64,000 nt of DNA. Source: Bacteroidales bacterium. GTDB lineage: Bacteria; Bacteroidota; Bacteroidia; Bacteroidales; ML635J-15. The notes beneath the pieces were generated by a model. It did not search any database. It saw only the letters and a program-made list of their open reading frames with translations, and was not told the origin of the DNA. Positions 20,163 through 30,208 of this stretch are shown one piece after another. Positions within the stretch are counted from its first letter, which is position 1. Every line of letters begins with the position of its first letter. The stretch spans positions 611 to 64,610 of the forward strand of contig JAQIBY010000139.1 of NCBI GenBank assembly GCA_027858835.1. Direction: 5' to 3'. The position numbers were made by a program, and so were the translations under genes.

Positions 20163-21482
20163 ATGCAAAACAATAAATTTACGCTGAAATGCACAAAATG
20201 CGGATATGAAATTGATAATTTCAAATTATGGTTTGAACTCAATCAAGTATGTCCGAAGTGTGGAGCAAAACATGTTGAGGCGATTTATCCTTTTAAATAT
20301 GATGGATTGTCTGATTTAATGGATACACCAAATAATTTGGCTGAATCAATTTGGTTGTACAAAGATTTCCTTCCTTTAGATAATGATGATAACATCATTT
20401 CTTGTAAAGAAGGTGCAATTCCGCTTGAGCGATGGACATTTCTTGAGGATTTTGCCCGTGAACAATATGGAATTAATATTGAGACACAGGTTTATCGAAA
20501 TGATTTGAATGGCGGAACCGGAACCTTTAAGGATACAGCGGCTAGTCTTGCTGCAAGTGTTTTGAAAGAGGCCGGCGTGAAAAATTATGTGGTTGCCAGT
20601 ACCGGAAATACAGCGACCGCATTTGGGAAATATCTTGCAATGGCCGGAATTAATGCCTATATTTTCATGCCGATTGATGCATTAAAAGCATCTGAAGCTG
20701 CCATTAATGCATTTGGACAAAAAGTGTTTCGGGTGCAAGGTGATTATTCGAAAGCCAAAGAACTTGCTGCACAATTTGCCGAGAAACACGGCTATTTGAT
20801 GACTGGCGGAAACGTTGATCCTTTGCGTGTTGAAGCAAAGAAAACCATGGTATATGAGTGGTATCGCCAGTTAGGCAAATTGCCCGATGTTTATGTACAA
20901 GCATTAAGCGGCGGCACCGGTCCAATCGCCATTGAAAAAGCATTGAAAGACGCTGAAGGCACACAATTTGCAGGGAAAATGCCTCGCCAGATTTTAGTAC
21001 AGCCTGATAAATGTCCGCCGATGGCTTTGGCATGGGAAAATGCGATTAAAAATAATTTCGCTGAAGGTTGGGATATTAATTTTCCGATAATTGAAAATCC
21101 GCCAACAGTTGTTCCTACATTGGCAACAGGAAAGCCTGGAACTTACCCGATAATTTCCCGCTTGGTAAAAAAATCCGGCGGTAGCATTATTCAAATGGAG
21201 GAAGCCAAAATCTATGACATCTCCCGTTGGGTTGCTTTTGAGCAAAAAGTTGCCATGGGTCCTGCATCTGCAGTTTGTCTCGGTGGTTTCCTAAATGCCC
21301 TGAAATTAGGATTGATTAAGGATGGTGAAACTGTACTTATCAACACTGGGGAAGGTGTTGCAAGAGCTCCTGAGTTTATGGAGGAACTCATTTATACAAC
21401 CACTGAAGTCAATACTTTAGATGATTGTGTGTTACATGATCGGGATGGATTGAAAACGATATTATTAAAAAAGCTATTGTAA
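20163..21482 (+). CDS. Threonine-synthase-like fold-type II PLP enzyme, probable cysteate synthase
   Basis: N-terminal CxxC...CxxC zinc ribbon, TGTFKD PLP lysine, ASTGNTA, YVQALSGGTG loop, INTGEG; 10 nt downstream of the SulA-like gene. Confidence 0.65.
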   Translation: MQNNKFTLKCTKCGYEIDNFKLWFELNQVCPKCGAKHVEAIYPFKYDGLSDLMDTPNNLAESIWLYKDFLPLDNDDNIISCKEGAIPLERWTFLEDFAREQYGINIETQVYRNDLNGGTGTFKDTAASLAASVLKEAGVKNYVVASTGNTATAFGKYLAMAGINAYIFMPIDALKASEAAINAFGQKVFRVQGDYSKAKELAAQFAEKHGYLMTGGNVDPLRVEAKKTMVYEWYRQLGKLPDVYVQALSGGTGPIAIEKALKDAEGTQFAGKMPRQILVQPDKCPPMALAWENAIKNNFAEGWDINFPIIENPPTVVPTLATGKPGTYPIISRLVKKSGGSIIQMEEAKIYDISRWVAFEQKVAMGPASAVCLGGFLNALKLGLIKDGETVLINTGEGVARAPEFMEELIYTTTEVNTLDDCVLHDRDGLKTILLKKLL

Positions 21483-21505
21483 AATAGTAGTATAAATATG
21501 GTAAG

Positions 21506-21534
21506 AAAGGGGGGACTTTATGTTTCCCTTTTTT
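21506..21534 (+). terminator. Intrinsic terminator of the two-gene PLP operon
   Basis: AAAGGGGGGAC-TTTAT-GTTTCCCTTT stem (with G-U pairs) followed by a T tract. Confidence 0.65.
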
Positions 21535-21744
21535 ATGTTTTGTTTTTAATGACGAATTTTATTGGAATAAATGACTAAAATGATCTAGTTATTTTACTGT
21601 AGATTCATTTATCTGATTACTTTAACTCTTATGTTGTATTTTGAAAGAGATTTAAAACAATCCACAGAGTGCTTTTCGTATAAAATAATATTTATTTTGT
21701 CGCTAGTGAGCTTTTTGTATATATATTTACATAAAAAAATCACA

Positions 21745-22677
21745 ATGATGAAAAGATTAGGTGTTATAATGTTGCCTTTTGCTGTTTTTATGTTGTCATG
21801 TACTACAAATCAGGAGGTCGTTCGGGTTGAATCTCAGGTTATTGAATCTCAACCAGAAGAGAAGGTATTAAAGCGTAAAGTAGCAATTGCGCGTTTTTCG
21901 AATGAAACGCAATATGCAAAGGGTATATTTTATGATAAAGATAATGACCCTTTAGGAAAGCAGGCTTCAGATATTTTATCAACGAAATTAGCTGTAAGTA
22001 ATAAATTTATCTTGCTTGAGCGGCAAGATATGGATAAAATAATCGCAGAAATGGAAATAGGTGATAGCGAGTCCTTTCAGCAAGTAAGTGCAGATTATAT
22101 TATTATTGGTTCTGTTACTGAATTTGGCCGAAAAAATGTTGGTGATGTCAACATGTTTTCTAGAAGCAAAACACAAAAAGTTCAAGCAGGAGTAAGCTTG
22201 CGTTTGATTGATGTTTCTACCGGTCAAGTTATTTATTCCGAGGAAGCTAAAGGAGAGTCTGAGGAAACAGCAAAAACTGTTATGGGCTTAGGTGAAGAGG
22301 CTGACTACGATGCGACTTTAAGTGATAAGGCTATTTCAGCAGCAATTTCAAAACTAGTGGAGAATATTATAAATAATTGTATGGATAGGGAATGGAGAGC
22401 TTATTTTCTATCGTATGATGAAGACGGAATTATTATTTCCGGAGGTGAATCACAGGGTATTGAAGTTGGTTCATTATTCGATGTTATCAAAAAAGGGAAA
22501 AAAGTAAAAAATCCTCAGACGGGAATGTATGTTGAACTCCCTGGTGAAAAAGTAGCTAAAATAAAAATTGATTTTACTGGAGGAAACACAACCTCAAATG
22601 AATTTTCAATGGTTAGCATTATTGAGGGTAAAGTGGAAAAAACAAATTTAAGTGATTATTATATAACTGAAGAATAA
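21745..22677 (+). CDS. CsgG/HfaB-family lipoprotein with a C-terminal FlgT_C-like domain
   Basis: Lipobox FMLSC; KRKVAIARFSNET, FILLERQDM, ADYIIIGSVTEFG, LRLIDVSTGQVIYS; C-terminal GESQGIEVG...KNPQTG. Start placed at 21745/21748. Confidence 0.85.
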   Translation: MMKRLGVIMLPFAVFMLSCTTNQEVVRVESQVIESQPEEKVLKRKVAIARFSNETQYAKGIFYDKDNDPLGKQASDILSTKLAVSNKFILLERQDMDKIIAEMEIGDSESFQQVSADYIIIGSVTEFGRKNVGDVNMFSRSKTQKVQAGVSLRLIDVSTGQVIYSEEAKGESEETAKTVMGLGEEADYDATLSDKAISAAISKLVENIINNCMDREWRAYFLSYDEDGIIISGGESQGIEVGSLFDVIKKGKKVKNPQTGMYVELPGEKVAKIKIDFTGGNTTSNEFSMVSIIEGKVEKTNLSDYYITEE

Positions 22678-22678
22678 C

Positions 22679-23014
22679 ATGAAAAAACTATTATTTATCT
22701 TGTTACCTGTATTAATTGGTTTTTCTGCTTGTACGGGTGTAAAGACTCTGACAGTTGGTCTAGAGGATGAAGCTTACCTAATATTTTTAGGTGAACCAAA
22801 TGATTTTGAGAACAAAACAGTTCAGGTTATAATCGACGGAACACTCAGTTTCGATGCTGAAGTCGTAAAAGACCATGTTAATAGACCTAAAGGCAAAAAG
22901 TACGCCATTTCAAAAGGTACTCACGAATTGATTATAAAAAGCAATAATAAAAAGATTTATCAGAAACAAATTTTTGTTTCATCACAGGAAACTAAAAAAA
23001 TTATTTTAAAATGA
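22679..23014 (+). CDS. Small lipoprotein, PEGA-like beta domain
   Basis: Lipobox FSAC; VQVIIDG...ISKGTHELIIK...IFVSSQETKKIIL resembles a PEGA-type pattern. Confidence 0.65.
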   Translation: MKKLLFILLPVLIGFSACTGVKTLTVGLEDEAYLIFLGEPNDFENKTVQVIIDGTLSFDAEVVKDHVNRPKGKKYAISKGTHELIIKSNNKKIYQKQIFVSSQETKKIILK

Positions 23015-23352
23015 AAAAACTATTTGTAACTATTGTTGCAGCTTTTATGCTTTTCTCATGTGGTCAGAAACCATTGTATGATTATCGAAATTATGACAAT
23101 ACAACTTATTCATATCTGAAAAAGAATGATGAAAAAGCTGATCAAAATTTAGCAGAAACTTATGAATCCATTATTGAGAAACCTCGAGGTGAAAGGAATA
23201 CTGTCCCTCCTGGTATTTATGCTGATTATGGGTATTTATTACTGCAGTTGGATCAAACCGAGAAAGGTAAAAAAATGTTGGCACGTGAAATAGAACTCTA
23301 CCCAGAGTCTAAAATTTTTATTGATAGAATCTTAAAAAAACTTGAAGAATGA
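23011..23352 (+). CDS. DUF4810-family lipoprotein
   Basis: Lipobox LFSC; LYDYRNY, VPPGIYADYGYLLL, EIELYPES; ATGA coupling to both neighbours. Confidence 0.85.
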   Translation: MKKLFVTIVAAFMLFSCGQKPLYDYRNYDNTTYSYLKKNDEKADQNLAETYESIIEKPRGERNTVPPGIYADYGYLLLQLDQTEKGKKMLAREIELYPESKIFIDRILKKLEE

Positions 23353-24035
23353 AACGAACTATTATAATTGCATCGGTTTTTAGTGTGCTAATTTTCCTAA
23401 GTTCTTGTTCCTTTAATAAAAGCTTAAAGAAAGATGTTTATAAAGGTTTTTATGACGAGGAAAAGCTTAGTATTTTAATAATGCCTCCTGTTAATAACAG
23501 TACAAAAGTTGAAGCTAAAGAGTTTTTCCATACAACTTTAAATATTCCTTTGGCAGAGGCTGGCTATTATGTAATACCTCCATTCCTTTCTCTTGAGATT
23601 TTAAAACAGGAAAGCGCTTATGATTCTGAGAATTTTATTGATGGAAATTTATCAAAATTCGCAGAAGTGTTTGGTGCTGATCTAATTTTGTTTACTACAA
23701 TCCATACTTGGAATAAGTCTGGATTGGCATCTGTTGTGATTGTAGATGTCGAATATACAATAAAAGACGCAATAACTAGCGAGGTGTTGTTTAATAGACG
23801 TGGTAATATTAAGTATGACACAAGAGTTTCTAAGGGGTCTTCAGGTTCTTGGATTGGTGCTGCGATTAGTTTAACTGCTAATGCTATATCAACTGCGGCA
23901 ACAAAATATGTGTCTGTTGCCCGTAAATGCAATGACTATTCACTTGCTCCCTTACCCAAAGGAAAATATCACCCGAATCACAATTTGGATCAGGAAGAAT
24001 ATGCTGGACCTGCTCATTTCAAGGCGAACCTTTAA
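23349..24035 (+). CDS. DUF799/GNA1162-family lipoprotein
   Basis: Lipobox LSSC; SILIMPPVNNS, PLAEAGYYVIP, FGADLILFTTIHTW, LPKGKYHP. Confidence 0.85.
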   Translation: MKRTIIIASVFSVLIFLSSCSFNKSLKKDVYKGFYDEEKLSILIMPPVNNSTKVEAKEFFHTTLNIPLAEAGYYVIPPFLSLEILKQESAYDSENFIDGNLSKFAEVFGADLILFTTIHTWNKSGLASVVIVDVEYTIKDAITSEVLFNRRGNIKYDTRVSKGSSGSWIGAAISLTANAISTAATKYVSVARKCNDYSLAPLPKGKYHPNHNLDQEEYAGPAHFKANL

Positions 24036-24056
24036 AATATTTTTATTGCTTTTTGG

Positions 24057-24084
24057 GGTGGATAATTTTGTCCACCTTTTTTTT
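24057..24084 (+). terminator. Intrinsic terminator of the lipoprotein cassette
   Basis: GGTGGATAA-TT-TTGTCCACC followed by T8. Confidence 0.75.
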
Positions 24085-24090
24085 GTGTCT

Positions 24091-24128
24091 AAAAACAAAG
24101 GGTTGGAAATTTCCAACCCTTTGTTTTT
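24091..24128 (-). terminator. Palindromic terminator of korAB (bidirectional shape)
   Basis: AAAAACAAAGGGTTGGAAATTTCCAACCCTTTGTTTTT is a perfect palindrome. Confidence 0.85.
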
Positions 24129-24146
24129 AGTATGATATAACTAAGT

Positions 24147-25166
24147 TCATTCAATTACATGTACATTTCCTGAATTCAACAAGTCTGTCATGTTTTTGAT
24201 TTTGCTGTTCGCTTTTTCGTGCTCTACTTGTTCCTCGAGCATTACTTCGTAGGTTGTGTCTTTAACTGAGCGGATTACACCAACTGCTACCGGGAAATCC
24301 GGATAAGTCATGCGTCCGAGCATATAATGAAGATTTGGATTTGGGTCATAGGCATTGTGTACCAATAAATCATCTTCGGTAATGCCGTTTTCCCCAATGG
24401 TAACAACTTCTAAATTGTACCCTTTGTTAAGCACGAGGCCTTTATTTCTCTCTTTCCCGAAAATCATTTGTTTTCCGTGTTCGAGATAAATAGTGCGGTC
24501 ATCTTTTACTTCTTTACCAGTAACTTGTTCGTGAACATCGTTGTTGAAGATGACACAATTCTGTAAGATTTCGACAATTGAAGTTCCTTTATGCTTATGC
24601 GCTTCTATGAAAACCTCTTTCATCACCTTCGGTTCTTTGTCAATAACTCTGGCAAAGAAAGTCCCTTGTGCACCCATGGTTAATTCACCTGGGTTAAACG
24701 GGTTCTCAATGGTTCCGTGTGGTGATGTTTTGGTAACTGAGCCTTTTGGTGTAGTTGGAGAGTACTGTCCTTTGGTTAATCCGTAGATTTTGTTGTTGAA
24801 TAGCAACACATTGATGTCGATATTGCGTCGAATCAAATGGATGAAGTGATTTCCCCCGATTGCCATTGCATCTCCGTCACCTGTGATTTGCCATACTGAC
24901 AATTTTGGATTTGCAGATTTCATGCCTGATGCTAATGCAGCAGCACGTCCGTGAAGTCCGTGAAATCCATAGGTTTCAATGTAATAAGGGAAACGTGAAG
25001 AGCAACCGATACCTGAAACAAAAACGATGTCCTCAATGGGAACATTAATCTCTGGCAGTGCATTTTGTACAGCTGATAATATGCTGAATCCTCCACAGCC
25101 GGCACACCATTTGACTGGTCCGTCAACTACAAAGTCTTTTTTTGTTAATTTATGTGTGTTTTCCAT
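24147..25166 (-). CDS. korB: 2-oxoacid:ferredoxin oxidoreductase beta subunit
   Basis: WCAGCG, SGIGCSSR, TPP motif GDGD...NNKIYGLTKGQYSPT. Confidence 0.95.
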   Translation of the reverse strand: MENTHKLTKKDFVVDGPVKWCAGCGGFSILSAVQNALPEINVPIEDIVFVSGIGCSSRFPYYIETYGFHGLHGRAAALASGMKSANPKLSVWQITGDGDAMAIGGNHFIHLIRRNIDINVLLFNNKIYGLTKGQYSPTTPKGSVTKTSPHGTIENPFNPGELTMGAQGTFFARVIDKEPKVMKEVFIEAHKHKGTSIVEILQNCVIFNNDVHEQVTGKEVKDDRTIYLEHGKQMIFGKERNKGLVLNKGYNLEVVTIGENGITEDDLLVHNAYDPNPNLHYMLGRMTYPDFPVAVGVIRSVKDTTYEVMLEEQVEHEKANSKIKNMTDLLNSGNVHVIE

Positions 25167-25168
25167 GA

Positions 25169-27025
25169 TTATTTGTCCTCCAAAATTTCCTGAAATTTGT
25201 TTTTCAATTCTGCGATATAAAATGGCAAGCCCTGAATTTTATTGTACTGTTCGTACTTGTAATCAGGAAGCTGGCTTCTCAGATAAGTTGAAAACTGACC
25301 ATTGTTAATTTCGCAGACGACAATTTTCTTGTACTTACTAAATATCTCGCCTGTATTTTTTGGCAGTGGATAAATGTAATTGAACTGCGCAAGACTGATA
25401 TCACTTCCATTTTCTCGCATTTCTTTCACTGCAGAATGAAGTGCTCCATAGGTTCCGCCCCAGCCGACAACAAGCAGTTCGCCACCTTCTTTATTTCCGT
25501 AAACTGTTTGTTCTGGAATGTAATTGGCAATGCGATCTACTTTTTCCTGACGGAGGTTTACCATTTTTTCATGGTTATACGGATCATGTGATACTTCTCC
25601 GTAGATGTCAGATTTTTCCAATCCGCCTATACGATGTCTTAGCCCTTTTTGTCCGGGGACTGCCCAGAAACGATTAAGCTTTTCAGGATCTCTTCTGTAA
25701 GGTTGATAATCTGGGTCGTTGTCTTTTACTAATGGAGTTTTTATTTCCGGCATCTCATTCATGTCAGGAAGTTTCCATAATTCAGTTCCGTTTGCCAGAT
25801 AACCATCAGTTAACAAAATAATCGGGGTCATATGTTCAATTGCTAAACGTGATGCTTCAAAAGCATAATGGAAGCAATTTCCGGGAGTTGATGCTGCGAT
25901 AACAGGTATCGGGCTTTCTCCATTTCTTCCGTATAATGCCTGCATTAAATCTGATTGCTCCGGCTTGGTAGGAAGACCTGTTGATGGGCCACCTCGTTGT
26001 ACGTTTACAACCACTAATGGGAGTTCGGTGATTCCCGCTAGTCCTAATGCTTCTGATTTTAATGCCAATCCGGGTCCTGATGTGCTTGTAGCAGCAAGTT
26101 TTCCGGTAAAGCTGGCACCAATTGCGGTCATTACACCGGCAATTTCATCTTCAGCCTGAAAGGTTTTTACCCCTAAATCTTTACGATTTGATAATTCTTG
26201 GAGTATTTCTGTTGCAGGTGTAATCGGATAAGAGCCGAGAAACAATTCTTTTCCGGCTTTTTCTGCTCCTGCAATTAAACCCCATGCTGTTGCAACATTA
26301 CCTGTAATTTGACGGAATTTTCCTTTGCGGTTTTTAACCGGATTAATTTGGAAAGTGGTTGATAATGCTTCAATGGTTTCAGCATAATTATATCCTCCGT
26401 AAAGCACAGCAATATTTGCTTCAGCAAGATGCGGCTTTTTACCAAACTTATTTAGGATAAATTCCTTACCGTCTTCGATATCACGATTAAACAACCAAAA
26501 CAAAAGACCCATAACAAACTGATTTCGGGTCTTATCCGCAGTTTTGTTATCAATACCCAGGTTAAGTTCTCTGACTGTAGCCCTTGACAATCCTGTGATT
26601 GGGGCTTTAATCAGATTGTAACCTTGCAAGCTGTCGTCCCCCAGCGGGTCATCAACATATCCTGCTTTTTTGTAATGCTTGTTGTCAAAATTATCGATAT
26701 CGATAATGATGGTAGCGCCGGGTTTTACCCATTTTAAATTAGACTTAAGTGCTGCCGGGTTTAAAGCGACAAGCACGTCGGCGAGGTCTCCGGGTGTTTC
26801 CACATCCTTGTGACCGATTCGAACCTGAAAACCGGATACTCCGGCAACAGTTCCTTGTGGCGCTCGGATTTCTGATGGGAAATCCGGGAACGTTGAAAGA
26901 TCGTTACCTAAAGATGCAGAAGCATCAGAAAATTGGTTTCCTGTTAGCTGCATTCCGTCTCCAGAATCTCCTGCAAACTTGACAACCACATCTTCACGCT
27001 CGATTACTTTTCCATTCTTGCTCAT
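25169..27025 (-). CDS. korA: 2-oxoacid:ferredoxin oxidoreductase alpha subunit (gamma-alpha fusion)
   Basis: AGDSGDGMQLTG, SYPITPAT, QAEDEIAG, TSGPG, QRGGPSTGLPTK. Confidence 0.95.
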   Translation of the reverse strand: MSKNGKVIEREDVVVKFAGDSGDGMQLTGNQFSDASASLGNDLSTFPDFPSEIRAPQGTVAGVSGFQVRIGHKDVETPGDLADVLVALNPAALKSNLKWVKPGATIIIDIDNFDNKHYKKAGYVDDPLGDDSLQGYNLIKAPITGLSRATVRELNLGIDNKTADKTRNQFVMGLLFWLFNRDIEDGKEFILNKFGKKPHLAEANIAVLYGGYNYAETIEALSTTFQINPVKNRKGKFRQITGNVATAWGLIAGAEKAGKELFLGSYPITPATEILQELSNRKDLGVKTFQAEDEIAGVMTAIGASFTGKLAATSTSGPGLALKSEALGLAGITELPLVVVNVQRGGPSTGLPTKPEQSDLMQALYGRNGESPIPVIAASTPGNCFHYAFEASRLAIEHMTPIILLTDGYLANGTELWKLPDMNEMPEIKTPLVKDNDPDYQPYRRDPEKLNRFWAVPGQKGLRHRIGGLEKSDIYGEVSHDPYNHEKMVNLRQEKVDRIANYIPEQTVYGNKEGGELLVVGWGGTYGALHSAVKEMRENGSDISLAQFNYIYPLPKNTGEIFSKYKKIVVCEINNGQFSTYLRSQLPDYKYEQYNKIQGLPFYIAELKNKFQEILEDK

Positions 27026-27217
27026 GATGTATGATAGCGTTTGTTAAAACCTTATTATTTGTAACAAAATTAAGGACTTTCCACAATTAGCGTACAGAAA
27101 ATGTGTAATTTTTTAAAGAAAAATACTCATGGGTTAAGTTATTGACAGTGAGTGTTAAGTGAATGGTTGGATGAGGAAGTTAACATCCTGTTATAAGACA
27201 TATATCATGTTTTTTTG

Positions 27218-27245
27218 AAAAAAAGACCGAAAAAATTCCGGTCTT
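27218..27245 (-). terminator. Probable intrinsic terminator after ahpC
   Basis: A tract followed by AAGACCG...CGGTCTT stem. Confidence 0.55.
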
Positions 27246-27285
27246 CATTGTTTTCTTAACAATTTCTTAAAAAATGCTTAGATTT

Positions 27286-27918
27286 TTAATGCTTGCTGAG
27301 ATAATTAGAAATTCCTTTTTGATCAGCTTTTAATGCATCTTTACCTTCATGCCAGTCTGCGGGGCAAACCTCTCCGTGTTTTTCGCAATATTGCAAGGCG
27401 TCAATTACACGTAAAGCTTCGTCAACACTACGACCCAATGGCATGTCATTGATGAGCATGTGGCGAACAGTGCCTTCTTTGTCAATGATATATAAACCAC
27501 GATATGCCTGAGGAAGTCCTTCAAATTCTATTTCTCCGTCTTCATTAAAAATATATTCCCCGGCGAGTACGCCATATTTATCTGAAATGCTTAATGATTG
27601 ATCTGCAACAATCGGATATTTTACACCTTCAATGCCACCTTCTTTTTTCGGTGTGCTTAGCCATTTCCAATGTGAAAAAGCTGAGTCAACTGAGCAGCCG
27701 ACGACTTGAACGTTTTTTGATTCAAAGTCGGCAAGTCGTTTCTGAAATGCAATAATTTCCGTTGGGCAAACAAAGGTAAAGTCTGCCGGATAGAAAAAGA
27801 ATAAAACATATTTTTCTCCGATGTATTGATCTAAACTGAAATTTTCAACAATTTCGCCTCCATTTATCACTGCTTGTGATTTGAATTTCGGCGCTTTTTT
27901 CCCGATTAATGTTTCCAT
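27286..27918 (-). CDS. ahpC: Typical 2-Cys peroxiredoxin (AhpC/Prx1)
   Basis: YPADFTFVCPTE peroxidatic motif and GEVCPADW resolving Cys. Confidence 0.93.
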   Translation of the reverse strand: METLIGKKAPKFKSQAVINGGEIVENFSLDQYIGEKYVLFFFYPADFTFVCPTEIIAFQKRLADFESKNVQVVGCSVDSAFSHWKWLSTPKKEGGIEGVKYPIVADQSLSISDKYGVLAGEYIFNEDGEIEFEGLPQAYRGLYIIDKEGTVRHMLINDMPLGRSVDEALRVIDALQYCEKHGEVCPADWHEGKDALKADQKGISNYLSKH

Positions 27919-27982
27919 AAATTTTGCGTGTTATTTGCAGGGAAACAGTATCGGAAATATATTGTTTAAAAAATCGATTTTT

Positions 27983-28648
27983 TTAATCTTCCGTATTATA
28001 ATTAAATCCGACGCGTTTTCCGGTTTGGATTTTTGATTTGTTAATGCGTTCCTTCATTTGATTGACAGTCGCAAGCTGAATGTTCTTCAGTGGCGGAACA
28101 AGTAAGTCAAATTTCAGTGCATATAATATGGTGCCATCAATTACTTTTTTCAGCGTTTCCTCAGTAGTTTTGTTTTCATCAAAACTTGGATAAGTCGAGC
28201 CCAACTCTTTTTGTCCTTCAATAAAATAGTGATTGTTTTTATTGATAAAGATGCGACCAATTAAATATCCAACATCTTCAGCACGATTATATTTAAAACT
28301 ATCCGCAAGGAAATTATAAATGTTAATGATACCACTGTAAGTACTTAGCGGATCTTCTTTTGCGCTTGCAGCTTTCCAAATTTGATGCTCCCTTGGAAAT
28401 TCAAAAATATTGGAATGCATATTAAAAATCAACAAGTCTCCGGCAATTCGTATCTCGGCTTCAAAGACACCTCTGTCGCGGTATTCAAGCAATACCCGTT
28501 TGTCTGCATTAATTAGGTCGGCATTGTATTCGCTGACAATGTCTTGTAAAATTCCTTTTATGGTTTTAAACGCCTCTTTGGTGTTGTCATAAACCATTTG
28601 TTTGACCTGTGACTTTTCTAATAATGTTTTTATGATTTGTTCTTTCAT
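27983..28648 (-). CDS. Hypothetical cytoplasmic protein co-transcribed with proS
   Basis: Open frame starting MKEQIIKTLLEK 10 nt after the proS stop; the longer ORF call overlaps proS. Confidence 0.8.
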   Translation of the reverse strand: MKEQIIKTLLEKSQVKQMVYDNTKEAFKTIKGILQDIVSEYNADLINADKRVLLEYRDRGVFEAEIRIAGDLLIFNMHSNIFEFPREHQIWKAASAKEDPLSTYSGIINIYNFLADSFKYNRAEDVGYLIGRIFINKNNHYFIEGQKELGSTYPSFDENKTTEETLKKVIDGTILYALKFDLLVPPLKNIQLATVNQMKERINKSKIQTGKRVGFNYNTED

Positions 28649-28658
28649 AATATCGATA

Positions 28659-30131
28659 TTAATACGCTTTTGCAAATATAACCCGGCGTTTTGATGGTTT
28701 TCCTGTGACCATGCATTTCCCTTCCTCTTTTTCGGAATCAATTGGGATGCAGCGGATTGTCGCTTTTGTTTCATTTTTAATTCGTTCTTCAGTTTCAGCA
28801 GTACCATCCCAATGTGCCAAAATGAATCCCGGTTTTTCTTCTAGGATTTTTTTGAATTCATCGTATGTGTCAACTTTTGAAGTTGTTTCTTCACGTCTGA
28901 TTTTCGCTTTATTAAAAATTGCTGTCTGCATTTCCCCCAAAAGGTTTTCAATGTATTCAACAATTTCAGATTCTGCGACAAAGGATTTTTCCAAGGTATC
29001 ACGACGTGCAACTTCATATTGTCCGCTTTCCAAATCTCTTGGACCAACAGCAACACGTACGGGATATCCTTTCAGTTCATATTCTGCAAATTTGAATCCC
29101 GGACGTTGAGAATCTCGCTTGTCAAACTGAACAGTGATTCCACGTGATTTTAATGCTTTTATAATTGGGTCAATGCGTTCTGAAATCGCATTAAGCTGAT
29201 CATCATTTTTGAAAATCGGAACAAAAACAACCTGAAACGGCGCTAATTTTGGTGGTAAAACCAGCCCGAGATCATCGGAATGGCTCATAATTAATGCTCC
29301 CATTAAGCGAGTTGAAACTCCCCAGCTGCTTGCCCAAACATATTCTTCTTTATTTTCTTTAGTGAGAAATTTCACATCAAAAGCTTTGGCAAAATTCTGC
29401 CCCAAAAAATGCGATGTTCCGCTTTGCAATGCTTTTCCATCCTGCATTAGTGCCTCAATGGTGTAAGTGTCAACAGCACCGGCAAAACGTTCGCTGTCGG
29501 TTTTGGTCCCGATTTTCACCGGCATTGCCATCCAGTTTTCTGCAAATTCTGCATACACATTAATCATTTGCTTTGTCTCTTCAATGGCTTCTTCTTTGGT
29601 GGCGTGTGCCGTATGCCCTTCTTGCCATAGAAACTCTGCAGTCCGTAAAAATAAACGGGTACGCATTTCCCATCGAACCACATTTGCCCATTGGTTAACG
29701 AGAATTGGAAGGTCACGATAAGACTGTATCCAGTTTTTATAAGTGTTCCAAATAATTGTTTCTGATGTTGGACGAACAATTAGCTCTTCTTCGAGTTTAG
29801 CATTCGGGTCAACCTCAATTTCATTGTTCTCTGTCGTTCTTAACCGATAATGCGTGACAACCGCACATTCTTTGGCAAATCCGTCAACATGGCTGGCTTC
29901 TTTGTTAAAAAATGATTTTGGGATAAATAAAGGAAAATAGGCATTCATATGGCCTGTGTCCTTAAACATTTTGTCTAATTGAGCCTGCATTTTTTCCCAA
30001 ATGGCGTATCCGTACGGTTTTATTACCATGCAGCCGCGCACTGCTGAATTTTCTGCGAGATCAGCTTTCACAACAAGTTCGTTGTACCATTGTGAGTAGT
30101 TTTCGCTACGTTTTATCAATCCTTTCGACAT
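28659..30131 (-). CDS. proS: Proline--tRNA ligase (archaeal/eukaryote-like type)
   Basis: [47 protein letters not shown]-terminal FAKAY. Confidence 0.99.
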   Translation of the reverse strand: MSKGLIKRSENYSQWYNELVVKADLAENSAVRGCMVIKPYGYAIWEKMQAQLDKMFKDTGHMNAYFPLFIPKSFFNKEASHVDGFAKECAVVTHYRLRTTENNEIEVDPNAKLEEELIVRPTSETIIWNTYKNWIQSYRDLPILVNQWANVVRWEMRTRLFLRTAEFLWQEGHTAHATKEEAIEETKQMINVYAEFAENWMAMPVKIGTKTDSERFAGAVDTYTIEALMQDGKALQSGTSHFLGQNFAKAFDVKFLTKENKEEYVWASSWGVSTRLMGALIMSHSDDLGLVLPPKLAPFQVVFVPIFKNDDQLNAISERIDPIIKALKSRGITVQFDKRDSQRPGFKFAEYELKGYPVRVAVGPRDLESGQYEVARRDTLEKSFVAESEIVEYIENLLGEMQTAIFNKAKIRREETTSKVDTYDEFKKILEEKPGFILAHWDGTAETEERIKNETKATIRCIPIDSEKEEGKCMVTGKPSKRRVIFAKAY

Positions 30132-30208
30132 AATAATTGTGGTATGAAATTTGCACTAAATCAATTGAAATTTTATTTGTCAAAACTATAAAAAATAAAG
30201 GTTATACC

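Noticed and set aside
20163-21482. Plain threonine synthase thrC
   Set aside because: No thrA/thrB nearby; loop motif and linkage to the SulA-like gene favour cysteate synthase, though thrC is not excluded.
21745-24035. Curli biogenesis operon
   Set aside because: No CsgA/B repeat proteins or CsgE/F; the partners are DUF4810 and DUF799 types.
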